DNA of 64,000 bases from a bacterium (GTDB taxonomy: Bacteria; Zhuqueibacterota; Zhuqueibacteria; Residuimicrobiales; Krinioviventaceae). Made by a program: the position numbers and the translations under genes. Positions 9,492 to 19,454 of this stretch are shown here, piece after piece. The notes under the pieces were generated by a model. That model was not told where the DNA came from. It ran no database searches and was given only the letters and a program-made list of their open reading frames with translations. The stretch lies in the NCBI GenBank assembly GCA_963693055.1, contig OY843751.1:4480001-4544000 (forward strand). The letters run 5' to 3'. Position 1 is the first letter of the stretch. Each line of letters starts with the position of its first letter.

Positions 9492-10934
9492 TTATTCAAA
9501 TTTAAATGAATATATATCTGCGTCTTTGAAAACAAACCGTATTCGAACAGGCTTTCCCTGCAGTGCTTTTAATTGCGCATCGTCTTTCCAACTTATTGTT
9601 CGTTTTGTTTCATTACCAATAATGGTTTGGCAATCTTCCAGTGCAAGTCCCTGAACAGGCTTTCCGCTTTCATCCTGAATCTCTATCCGGATCTCTCCTG
9701 CTGCCGATGTTGAATAATTTAACTCCAGCTTACTGCCCTCAAAGATCAAAGGTTTGGTAATAAACTCTGCTCCCTCATATGGGGCCTCAATCGAACTGAA
9801 ACCATCCAGACGCATGGAATAACGATGTATGTTCGCTGTGGGTTGAGCATAATTTTGGTTCACATACACAGACATTTCATTTTCGCCGGTCTGAACGATA
9901 TTTAATACAGGATAATTGGAACGGGACACCCAATTCTCAAATCCAATTCCGGGACGAATAAAAGATTCCATAAATGTACGGTCATACACACTCCCACCGC
10001 GCGAAGTCATAAATATTGCATCTGAACAGTCTTTATAATATTTGGGATCCACATTGAATGCCTGCGCCTGCTCTTGTGTCAAAACCTGCTTATTAGGCAT
10101 AAAGCGCGCTCCAATAGCAACATAAAGATGTGGTGCCCTGAAATAAGGGCTGGTTTGCTGTGTATAAAGATGTTCATATGGCGTATCACCAAAAGTCATA
10201 GCTGTGGGTTCGGTCCAGTTGATAAAATCTTTAGATGTGGTGCGGCTCACAGATCGAAAACCCTTATATCCCTCACCTGTCCATTCCCGAAAATAGAGCA
10301 CATAACAGTGTTCGCTTTCTGACCAAAACACAACATTCTGCGAATCAAACTTGCCGTCACTGAAAACAGGTTCATTTTGTAATTTTTCCCAATGGATCCC
10401 ATCCTTTGACACATACGGAATCATACCGCTTTTACTGGTTCCACCCAGGGCTTTATAACGCTGATTTTCATCGCAATTGGGATTGGCATCCCAAAAGGGA
10501 CTAAAGTTATGCGTCACTGGTGCGGCATTGAACAAAATCACATTATTCTTTCGGGTACCATGAATTTCATAAATCCCCAGATCCGGTTTGGTCCAGTTTA
10601 TACCGTCTTTGGATTCAGCGTAACAGGTTGTCTCAAGATCAGATCCATCCTTTCCCGCTATTGGCAGGCCTCTGTAATACAACTGATACAAACCATTCTG
10701 ATGTATGATTGTGCAATACCCGCAAAACGCACCTTCCCAGGGATAATCAAATTGTAGCACCGGACCTTCATCATGCGGAGCATGCATAACCAGCTTGCAA
10801 TTTTCCATACTCTCAATGAGATAATGGTCAACAAACAATTCCCGTTTATCCAAAACTTGCAAAGGCTGGGCTGTCAGATTGTGGATTATAGTAAAAATCA
10901 GTAGAATGATTATATGACAAGCAGACCGAATCAT
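9492..10934 (-). CDS. Secreted five-bladed beta-propeller glycoside-hydrolase-like protein
   Basis: Signal peptide; RELFVDHYLI; repeated SKDGINW/SKDGIHW/SKDFINW boxes; C-terminal RLDGF...LYSF-type beta-sandwich. Confidence 0.65.
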   Translation of the reverse strand: MIRSACHIIILLIFTIIHNLTAQPLQVLDKRELFVDHYLIESMENCKLVMHAPHDEGPVLQFDYPWEGAFCGYCTIIHQNGLYQLYYRGLPIAGKDGSDLETTCYAESKDGINWTKPDLGIYEIHGTRKNNVILFNAAPVTHNFSPFWDANPNCDENQRYKALGGTSKSGMIPYVSKDGIHWEKLQNEPVFSDGKFDSQNVVFWSESEHCYVLYFREWTGEGYKGFRSVSRTTSKDFINWTEPTAMTFGDTPYEHLYTQQTSPYFRAPHLYVAIGARFMPNKQVLTQEQAQAFNVDPKYYKDCSDAIFMTSRGGSVYDRTFMESFIRPGIGFENWVSRSNYPVLNIVQTGENEMSVYVNQNYAQPTANIHRYSMRLDGFSSIEAPYEGAEFITKPLIFEGSKLELNYSTSAAGEIRIEIQDESGKPVQGLALEDCQTIIGNETKRTISWKDDAQLKALQGKPVRIRFVFKDADIYSFKFE

Positions 10935-11042
10935 AAAAAACCGCCCTCCAAACGTATGGGTTCTAATTTATAATTAAAATGAATATCAGTCTAGTATAAG
11001 TACAAGGGGTGAACAAATCAAGGACAAAATCAAAACAGAAAT

Positions 11043-11070
11043 AAAACGGCCAACAATTGTTGACCGTTTT
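11043..11070 (-). terminator. Terminator-like hairpin after the transglutaminase gene
   Basis: AAAACGGCCAACAATTGTTGACCGTTTT inverted repeat. Confidence 0.6.
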
Positions 11071-11084
11071 CAGATTGCATCAAT

Positions 11085-13056
11085 TTATAAATGCTTCATA
11101 ACCATGTTTTCTTCATTAGATTCAGCAATCAGTTTGTGGATGTTGCGATAGTATTCGTACTGCAATACATCTATGCTATAACTTTTAAGAGCAAAATTTC
11201 TTTCAAGCTTTATTGTGCCGGGTTCTTCTACACCAACTCTGACTTTAAAAGAAGAAATTTTATAATCTTGATTGAATACCTTGCACGCAGTTTCAAGTTT
11301 GTATTCATTTGGATTATAATGGAGCGTACATTCATCAACTGTTTGACTGGGATAATCAAAATCTAAAAAGTAATGACGTCTTTCATCAGGCAACACATCC
11401 AGATCTGATTCAAGATTAAATATAAATGGCTTAAAAAATTTGCAAATCACCTGCTCTTGAACCCATTCTAGAACGTTCAAAATCAAACTCTATCACAAAA
11501 TCATTGTCAATAATGTTAGCATCGTCATATACCAGGTTGGTTACAGTCATATCCGGTACATTGCTATTGACATAACGTTCAATAATTTTTTTCATATCTG
11601 TTTCATTAGCATTTTTTAACAGAGACCGCATTGCAAGATTTTCGTTTCCCGAGAATGTCAAAACTGCATGACCACTTGTGCTTCCATCTGCCTTTAGGTA
11701 TAAATCAACCTGTCGTTTTTGCAGATTTTGGTTAAATGCACTGGGAGGAACATGGATAAATTCTGATTTTCCATTTTTATAGATCACCAGACCATCTACA
11801 TCTTCATCTGATGCATAGATTTCACCAACGGGGCAAGAGCTACCCGTTGCATCAAGCCAGTATTCATCGCCATTTGCAGCTTTAACAAAAGTAATCATGT
11901 GATTAAAATCCATACTGATAACCTTGGGATTCCGGGTACACCGTCCTCTTGTACTCAGCAATGCAGGAAATGCGTCAATACCGCAGGCGTTAAGCAATAA
12001 AACATTTAAAACGGTCATATCTTTACAATCGCCATACTGGTTCTTTAATATATCTTGCGCGCTATTGGGAATATAGCCCCCATCACCAAAATTTGTTTCA
12101 ATATATCTAAATTTTTCCTGAGTAAAGGCAAAAATACGGGCAATTTTATCTTTCTCATTTTCAGCACCCTGGGTCAATTTCTCTGCCAGCGCTACAACTT
12201 CCGGATGTCCTTTAATAGAAAAATATGGTTTGATACGTTTCCAATAATTGGCTGACCATTCGTTCCAGCTTTCATACTCTACATCAAATCTTGCAAATTG
12301 AGCAATATCCCGATAAGGTGGACGATAAGATTCTTTTTCAAGAGCAGGCACATCTCTACGTTCCCACGTGTATATGCAAGCTCTGTTTAAATTAGAATTC
12401 TGTGTTGCAATATTTTTAATAATTTTGGGTCTTTCCAGCTCTGTATTAATGCCCGAGTAATACCAGTTCAATTTTGCTATAAAAAATATATCCGGTATAT
12501 CTATCTGATAACGGGTATATAATTTAGGCAGCGATTGCTGTATATACCAGGTATCTCCACTGTAAAACGATTCATGTATATTGACTGAATAGTTATATTC
12601 CAAAATAGCACCCGGCTCCACACCCGGGAATGTAAATTTAACGGATTTATCTTCACTCAGCTCATTAAAACCACTATTTGATGCTGGAAACAGATCTTTT
12701 TCAGTAAGCTTTAACACTTTACCATCAGGGCTGGTTGTAGTAGCAGAAAAACTCAAAAGCGTTCTGTTGTCATCTAAATATATTGTTTCAGTAGCCCAGC
12801 TTTCAGCTTTATCACTAAAATAGACAACAGCCTGTTGATAATTCTTTTTTATAAAAAATTCGTAATTCGAATCAAGGCCCAACTTGACATCCGTAGCTTC
12901 ATATAAAACGACGCCGCCAACATCCGGATAATCTGCTTGTTTGGGAATAGTGTTTTGCCCGGAAATTTCCAACATTTTGTTTACGGAAATGCCAGAACCG
13001 CCACAGCTCAAAAAAACAAAACCAGTCAACACAAGTAATAACAACACATTTCTCAT
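11085..13056 (-). pseudogene. DUF3857 + transglutaminase-like lipoprotein split by a +1 frameshift at ~11433 (ORFs 11431-13056 and 11085-11486)
   Basis: Lipobox FLSC; GDCKD, FNHMI, WLDAT triad. ATT TTT TAA lies in a T6 run; removing one T gives ...LQIFKPFIFNLESD, continuing into the 133-aa ORF. Confidence 0.7.
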
Positions 13057-13354
13057 GAGATACCCTTTTTGATGAGTTCAACCAGACTGCATAGAAAAAA
13101 TATTCAAGTTACAATTTTAAAAAAAATATTGTTAATAATAAATCTTGTGGCCCCTTAAATGGGAATACCTGAAACACTCCACCTGCTGTTTCAGGTTAAA
13201 TAATATACTTAAATTTTTACATATTTCATAATACAATACAAATCAAATTCAGCTTTGCGTATTATTTTCATATAATTCAATCCCTTGAAATAAATATCAA
13301 AATCAGTATTGTTGTATTAAACGGATTGAAAAAGGATCCTTAACAGGAGCAACT

Positions 13355-14464
13355 ATGAAAAAAAAAGTTTTTATTTTATTTTTAATAACAATCAGCGGGC
13401 TCTCTTTTGCTCAAGATATTGTTCATCCCCTATCTATTGGCTCTTCTGCGCCGGATTTCTCACTACCGGGAGTAGATGGGAAATTATGGTCATTAAAAGA
13501 TTTTAACCAATCTGACATACTGGTTGTCATATTTACCTGCAATCACTGCCCCACGGCCCAGGCCTATGAACAACGGATTATCAATCTGGTAAATAATTAC
13601 AAATCCCAAAACGTTGCCTTTGTTGCCATCTCTCCCAATGACCCTCTTGCCATTAGGCTCGACGAACTCGGTTATACCGACCTGAACGATGACTTTGACG
13701 CAATGAAAATCCGTGCAAAGGAACGCGGATTCAACTTTCCCTACTTGTATGATGGCGATGAGCAAAAAGTATCCAAACAGTTTGGCCCTACGGCTACACC
13801 TCATGTATTTATTTTCAACAAATCCCGCAAACTGGTCTATCAGGGCCGTATAGACAATGCTGAAAAATCAGCCAAAATAACAATCCGAGACACGCGCAAT
13901 GCGCTTGACGCGTTATTAAAAGGCAAACCCGCTCCGGTCGAAAGCACAAAAACATTTGGGTGTTCTATAAAATGGGCAGACAAACGCTCATCTGTTACAA
14001 AAGCACAGCAGGCATGGGAACAGGAAAAAGCCGAAATATCACCAATATCACTGCAAGAGATTGCAGAGTTAATGAAAAATCCGTCTGAGGATTATATCCT
14101 GCTAAACATGTGGGCAACCTGGTGCGGTCCTTGTGTTGTGGAATTACCCGTTCTGGTAGACCTTCACCGCATGTACCGTAACCGTAGTTTCAAATTAATT
14201 ACAATAAGTGTGGATGACATGAACAACCGTGAAAGGGCGCATAGATTTTTACAGAACAGACAGGCATCTATGACGAATTATATATCAGAATCTGACAACA
14301 TTTATAAATTAATTGAAATTGTTGATCCCCAATGGCAGGGAGCTATACCGTATACTGTACTTATTGCACCCGGAGGAGAGATTGTATACAGACATAGCGG
14401 GATAATAGATGAAACTCTGGAAATAAAACGTGAAATTGTAAACAAGTTGGGAAGAACCTATTAA
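13355..14464 (+). CDS. Secreted two-domain redoxin (AhpC/TSA-like + TlpA-like thioredoxin)
   Basis: APDFSLPG, FTCNHCP and TPHVFIF in domain 1; WATWCGPC in domain 2; AGGAG RBS. Confidence 0.88.
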   Translation: MKKKVFILFLITISGLSFAQDIVHPLSIGSSAPDFSLPGVDGKLWSLKDFNQSDILVVIFTCNHCPTAQAYEQRIINLVNNYKSQNVAFVAISPNDPLAIRLDELGYTDLNDDFDAMKIRAKERGFNFPYLYDGDEQKVSKQFGPTATPHVFIFNKSRKLVYQGRIDNAEKSAKITIRDTRNALDALLKGKPAPVESTKTFGCSIKWADKRSSVTKAQQAWEQEKAEISPISLQEIAELMKNPSEDYILLNMWATWCGPCVVELPVLVDLHRMYRNRSFKLITISVDDMNNRERAHRFLQNRQASMTNYISESDNIYKLIEIVDPQWQGAIPYTVLIAPGGEIVYRHSGIIDETLEIKREIVNKLGRTY

Positions 14465-14557
14465 ACCTGTCACAACAGACTTGGATAATTTGTAAAAAAT
14501 TTTATATTTCAAACTGAAAGAGTAATCAACAAATAAAAAAATAAACTTGGAGTAAAC

Positions 14558-14773
14558 ATGTCAAACGGTAATGTATACGGAAAAATGGAACTAACAGGTA
14601 CATCCCCTGAAGGTATTGAAAAAGCTGTTCAGGTAGCACTAGATAAAGCAGCAGAAAAAGTAAAACATATCCGCTGGTTTGAAGTAGTAGAAACACGCGG
14701 CTATGTTGAAGAAAACAATGTGGCTTACTGGCAGGTAACAATCAAAGTTGGCTACAATTTGGAAGATTTCTAA
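14558..14773 (+). CDS. Dodecin (flavin-binding protein)
   Basis: VYGKMELTGTS, IRWFEVVETRG, WQVTIKVGY; 71 aa; GGAG RBS. Confidence 0.9.
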   Translation: MSNGNVYGKMELTGTSPEGIEKAVQVALDKAAEKVKHIRWFEVVETRGYVEENNVAYWQVTIKVGYNLEDF

Positions 14774-14775
14774 AC

Positions 14776-14811
14776 AAAAAAGCCCCGGGTGATTTACCCG
14801 GGGCTTTTTTT
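14776..14811. terminator. Bidirectional intrinsic terminator
   Basis: AAAAAAGCCCCGGGT-GATTT-ACCCGGGGCTTTTTTT. Confidence 0.9.
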
Positions 14812-16156
14812 ACTTTCTCTCATTCAAGGGAACATATTTGTGAAATTCCCCGACATGCTTGTATGCAGGACGAATAATACGGTTCCCATTCATCAATTCT
14901 TCAATTCGATGCGAACACCAACCCACAACTCTTGCCATAGCAAAAAGTGGTGTATATATTTCTTTGGGGAATCCCAAAAGATCATATACAAATCCAGAAT
15001 AAAAATCAACATTGGGTGAAATCACCTTTGAAGATCCTTTTAACTCCTGGAACAATGCCGGTGTTAATTGCTCTATAGAATCATAAAGATAAAACTCGTC
15101 ACTTCTGCCTTTTGCCTCGGCAAGTTCTTTGGCTTTTTGTTTTAGTATAATAGCACGGGGATCAGATTTTGTATAAACTGCATGGCCCATACCATAAACC
15201 AAGCCTTGGCCGTCATGAGCTTCTTTGTTAAGTATCTTTGTCAGATAGGCTTTTACCTCATCCTGATCATCCCATTTTTTCACATTCTCTTTAATATTGT
15301 TCAGCATATCCATAACATACGAGTTTGCCGCACCGTGCAGAGGGCCTTTCAAAGAGCCAACAGCGGCAGATATTGCTGAATATGTATCGGTATGACTGGA
15401 AGTAACCACATGGGTAGTAAATGTTGAATTGTTACCACCACCATGGTCAGCATGAAGAACCAAAGCCAGATCCAGCAAATCAGCTTCAAGCTGGGTATAA
15501 GATTTATCGGGACGCAGCATGGATAAAAAGTTCTCCGCACAGCACAAATCAGAATTTGGGGGGTGAACAATCAAAGTTTCTCCATGAAGCTTGTGACGCA
15601 GAGCCTGATAAGAATATGCAATAATAACTGCAAATTTTGCAATTAAATTGATAGACTGATAAATCACATTTGGGATGGATATATCATCAGGATTTTTATC
15701 TAAACCATAAAGCACCAGAATCACACGCTGCAATTTATTCATCACACTGGGACTCGGGAATTGCAAAATGGTCAACTCGTTCAATCTGGGAGGCAATGGT
15801 ACAAGGGGATTTATGACTTCCCGAAATGCGGCCAATTCTTCTTCATTTGGTAAATAACCAAATAATAACAAATAAGCAACTTCGGTAAATCCGTGGCGTT
15901 TTTCCTGCTGTATGCCATTAGCAATATCCTGAATACTGATTCCCCGATAATACAATTCACCATCAACAGGAACAACTTCTTCATCTACTACTTTGAATCC
16001 AATAACACTTGAAATCTTTGTCAGACCAACAAGAACACCAGAACCATCGTCATTTCGTAATCCACGCTTTACAGAAAATTTGGTATACAAATCTCTGTCG
16101 ATAAGCACATTATTTTCGATTTTCTTGGAGACATGCTCAATAAAATCTGTTTTCAT
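14810..16156 (-). CDS. gltA: Citrate synthase (citrate/2-methylcitrate synthase family)
   Basis: LHADHGGGNNST, GPLHGAAN, YGMGHAVY..SDPR, PNVDFYSG. Confidence 0.93.
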   Translation of the reverse strand: MKTDFIEHVSKKIENNVLIDRDLYTKFSVKRGLRNDDGSGVLVGLTKISSVIGFKVVDEEVVPVDGELYYRGISIQDIANGIQQEKRHGFTEVAYLLLFGYLPNEEELAAFREVINPLVPLPPRLNELTILQFPSPSVMNKLQRVILVLYGLDKNPDDISIPNVIYQSINLIAKFAVIIAYSYQALRHKLHGETLIVHPPNSDLCCAENFLSMLRPDKSYTQLEADLLDLALVLHADHGGGNNSTFTTHVVTSSHTDTYSAISAAVGSLKGPLHGAANSYVMDMLNNIKENVKKWDDQDEVKAYLTKILNKEAHDGQGLVYGMGHAVYTKSDPRAIILKQKAKELAEAKGRSDEFYLYDSIEQLTPALFQELKGSSKVISPNVDFYSGFVYDLLGFPKEIYTPLFAMARVVGWCSHRIEELMNGNRIIRPAYKHVGEFHKYVPLNERK

Positions 16157-16271
16157 GGTTTCCTCCCAATGATTTATCCCTTTTATATCAATGTATTATA
16201 GATTGCCATACAAAGCAATATTAAAATTAAAAAATTGCAGAAAAAACGAAATGTGAGTAAAACCACTCTTT

Positions 16272-16301
16272 AAAAAAGGGTCCGTGAAACACGGACCCTT
16301 T
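16272..16301 (-). terminator. Intrinsic terminator of the pdh operon
   Basis: GGGTCCGTG-AAA-CACGGACCC, with T6 on the minus strand. Confidence 0.85.
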
Positions 16302-16309
16302 ATATTTTT

Positions 16310-17728
16310 TTATTTTCTTTTGGGTCGATAGACATGAGTACTGGTACCAAACAGCATTTCCGCTGTTTCCATTACCGTCTCTGAAAGTGTAGGATGTGGA
16401 TGTATGCTGAGTTTCAAGTCTGTTGCATTTGCGGCCATTTCAATCGCAAGAACGCCTTCTGCAATCAATTCACCCGCTCCGGCCCCCACAACGCCCATTC
16501 CAAGCACTCGCTCGGTCTCGGGATCAACAATCAATTTTGTCATACCGTCAAGCCGATCCATAGTAAGCGCCCTTCCCGAGGCAGCCCATGGAAAACGAAA
16601 AACCTGAACATCTCGTTTCTGTTCTTTGGCTTGTGTTTCTGTTAAACCGGCCCAGGCCAGTTCAGGATCTGTAAATACAACTGCAGGTATAGCACGTGGT
16701 TCAAATGTGGCTTTATGCCCTGCTATGGCCTCTACCGCTACATGTCCTTCATGCGAAGCTTTGTGAGCTAGCATAGGTTCACCGGCTATATCACCAATTG
16801 CAAAGATATTGGGTTCGTCGGTTCGGCGTTGTAAATCCACTTTGACAAATCCACGTTCGTCCAGTTGAATCTTTGTATTTTCAAGTCCCAGGTTCTCATT
16901 ATTGGGTCTGCGACCTATTGTCATTAGCACACGATCAAATTTCTGTTCAGGATTTTCGAGTTTTTCTCCTTCAAACTTGACAGATATCTGATTTTTCACT
17001 TCTTTCATCTCAACAACTTTGGTGTTTAACAAAATGGAATCAAATTTCTCTTCTAATCCTTTTTGCAGCACCCTTACCATATCGCGGTCAGCTCCCGGCA
17101 GCAATCCGGATGTCATTTCCACAACCGTAACCTTGCTTCCAAGCGCGGCATAAACGGTGCCCATTTCCAGGCCAATATAACCACCACCTATAACCAGCAA
17201 TTTTTCAGGCACATCCTCAAGTTCCAGCGCACCGGTAGAATCCATCACCCTTGGGGTATCGAGCGAAAGCGACGGAATACTCACAGGCCTGGATCCGGTA
17301 GCCAGTATAGCATATTCAAAATCCATTTTGGATTTTTGGCCATCATTATCAGTAATTTCCAGAGTTGAATTATTTACAAATACAGCACGACCCTGAACAT
17401 GATTAATTTTGCGTTGCTTAACCAGCTGGCCCAGCCCGCCGGTAAGTTTATCTACAACACTTTGTTTCCAGGTTCTCAATTTATCTATATCAATTTTAGG
17501 CGGCTGGAACTCTATGCCCCAGGCCGAAGACTCTTTTGATTCGTTGATTAGTTTGGCCGTATGCAGCAATGCCTTTGAAGGGATACATCCTCTGTACAGA
17601 CATACACCTCCGGGATTCACTGCGGGGTCTACCAATGTAACATCCATTCCCAGGTCAGCAGCCATAAAAGCTGCCGCGTAACCACCGGGTCCGCCTCCAA
17701 TTACTACTACACGTTTGGTGTCACTCAT
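16310..17728 (-). CDS. lpdA: Dihydrolipoyl dehydrogenase (E3)
   Basis: GGGPGGY, GGVCLYRGCIPSK, HPHPTLSE. Confidence 0.97.
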   Translation of the reverse strand: MSDTKRVVVIGGGPGGYAAAFMAADLGMDVTLVDPAVNPGGVCLYRGCIPSKALLHTAKLINESKESSAWGIEFQPPKIDIDKLRTWKQSVVDKLTGGLGQLVKQRKINHVQGRAVFVNNSTLEITDNDGQKSKMDFEYAILATGSRPVSIPSLSLDTPRVMDSTGALELEDVPEKLLVIGGGYIGLEMGTVYAALGSKVTVVEMTSGLLPGADRDMVRVLQKGLEEKFDSILLNTKVVEMKEVKNQISVKFEGEKLENPEQKFDRVLMTIGRRPNNENLGLENTKIQLDERGFVKVDLQRRTDEPNIFAIGDIAGEPMLAHKASHEGHVAVEAIAGHKATFEPRAIPAVVFTDPELAWAGLTETQAKEQKRDVQVFRFPWAASGRALTMDRLDGMTKLIVDPETERVLGMGVVGAGAGELIAEGVLAIEMAANATDLKLSIHPHPTLSETVMETAEMLFGTSTHVYRPKRK

Positions 17729-17752
17729 TACACTAAATCTCCAGGTTTCAAA

Positions 17753-19408
17753 TTATCCTTCCAAAACGATCTTGAAAGGTTGCTCAATTGCTTCAACCAG
17801 CCAGCGGATAAACCGGGCCCCGTCTGCGCCATCAATCAAACGATGATCATAAGACAGAGACAACGGCAGCATCAAGCGCGGTACAAATTCACCATTCTTG
17901 TAAACAGGCTCATAGTTACCACGTGAAACTCCCAATATGGCAACTTCGGGTGCATTTACAATAGGTGTAAATGCAGTACCACCAATACCGCCCAGATTCG
18001 AGATTGTAAAATTACCTCCCTGCATTTCATCGAGTGATAATTTGCGATCTCTAGCCTTGACTGCAATTTCTGTCAACTCCACTGAAAGATCAACAATATT
18101 CTTTTTATCAACATCCCGAATTACCGGCACCAAAAGTCCGCGATCCGTATCCACAGCCACGCCAAGATTGACATATTTTTTGTACACAACCTGTTTATTT
18201 GCCATATCTACACTGGCATTAAACTGCGGGAACACTTTGAGCGCAGAAGCACAAATTTTCAATAGAATAGCTGTCATGGTCAATTTGCCACCAGCGGCTT
18301 CTGCTTTATTTCCAAATTGCTTGCGCAAAGCTTCAAGTTCGGTAATATCTGCTTTATCAAACTGAGTCACATGCGGTATTGTTGCCCAGGCCGAGCTAAG
18401 GTGCTCTGCTGTTTTTTGTCGTACCTTTGACATGGCCTGACGATCAACCTCGCCCCATTTGCTGAAATCCGGTAATGGAGGTGCAGCAATAACGCCACCG
18501 GTTACCGCGGTTCCACCCTCACGGTATTTCTGATGCAGGGCTTTTGAATGGGCTTTAACATTTTCAACAGATATCCTGCCGCCTTGCCCTGAACCTTTCA
18601 CCTCATTGATATCCACACCAATTTCACGTGCAAAACGACGTACAGAGGGTGCGGCAGGAGCAGGAACACCTGAAGCCGATGGTGAATATTCCGGAATCAA
18701 TGACTTTGCAGATTTTTCTTCTGCCGGAGCCGGTGCCGGGGCTGACTTGGTTTCCGCTTTGGGTTCCGATGCGGGTGCCGTTTTTGCTTTTGCAGGGGCA
18801 GCGCCTGGTGCGGGCGCTCCCGTTGACGAAACTACAAGCAACGCTTGCCCAATTTTCACTTCATCACCGGCTTTAACATTTACAGCAGTAACTTTACCAG
18901 CGGTATCTGCGGGGACTTCAACAACTGCCTTGTCGGTTTCCAGTTCAATAATAGGTTGTTCATTTTCAATTTCATCACCCACAGCAACCAATACATTCGC
19001 TATGGTTCCTGAGGTAATGCCCTCTCCCAGGTCCGGCACTTTGATCTCTACGTCACCTGCGGGACCGCTAGCGGGTTTCGCTTCGGCTTTTGTTTCTGCG
19101 GGCTTTTCCGGTTCAGGTGCTTCAGCCTTTTTTTCAGGTTTTGGTTTTTCTTCTTTTTCAACAGGTGCGGCATCTCCGGACAATTTTATAATGACCTGAC
19201 CTACTTTGACTTCATCACCAGCTTTTGCAAGAATACTTTCAACAGTACCTGCAACTTCAGTGGGAACCTCTACTACTGCTTTGTCCGTCTCTAATTCCAA
19301 TACCGGCTGCTCAACCTCAACGGTATCACCAACTGAAACCAAAAAATTGGCAACCGTACCTGATGCAATACCATCACCTAAATCAGGAATTTTAATTTCT
19401 AAAGACAT
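17753..19408 (-). CDS. aceF: Pyruvate dehydrogenase E2, two lipoyl domains
   Basis: Two LETDKAVVEVP lipoyl sites; E3-binding PAAPSVRRFARE; DHRLIDGA. Confidence 0.95.
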   Translation of the reverse strand: MSLEIKIPDLGDGIASGTVANFLVSVGDTVEVEQPVLELETDKAVVEVPTEVAGTVESILAKAGDEVKVGQVIIKLSGDAAPVEKEEKPKPEKKAEAPEPEKPAETKAEAKPASGPAGDVEIKVPDLGEGITSGTIANVLVAVGDEIENEQPIIELETDKAVVEVPADTAGKVTAVNVKAGDEVKIGQALLVVSSTGAPAPGAAPAKAKTAPASEPKAETKSAPAPAPAEEKSAKSLIPEYSPSASGVPAPAAPSVRRFAREIGVDINEVKGSGQGGRISVENVKAHSKALHQKYREGGTAVTGGVIAAPPLPDFSKWGEVDRQAMSKVRQKTAEHLSSAWATIPHVTQFDKADITELEALRKQFGNKAEAAGGKLTMTAILLKICASALKVFPQFNASVDMANKQVVYKKYVNLGVAVDTDRGLLVPVIRDVDKKNIVDLSVELTEIAVKARDRKLSLDEMQGGNFTISNLGGIGGTAFTPIVNAPEVAILGVSRGNYEPVYKNGEFVPRLMLPLSLSYDHRLIDGADGARFIRWLVEAIEQPFKIVLEG

Positions 19409-19454
19409 TTTCATTTCCTTATATTTTTTACCCGTTAATCATTTACCTGCAAAC

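Noticed and set aside
11085-11486. 133-aa ORF as an independent gene
   Set aside because: Better explained as the frameshifted C-terminus of the upstream DUF3857 gene.
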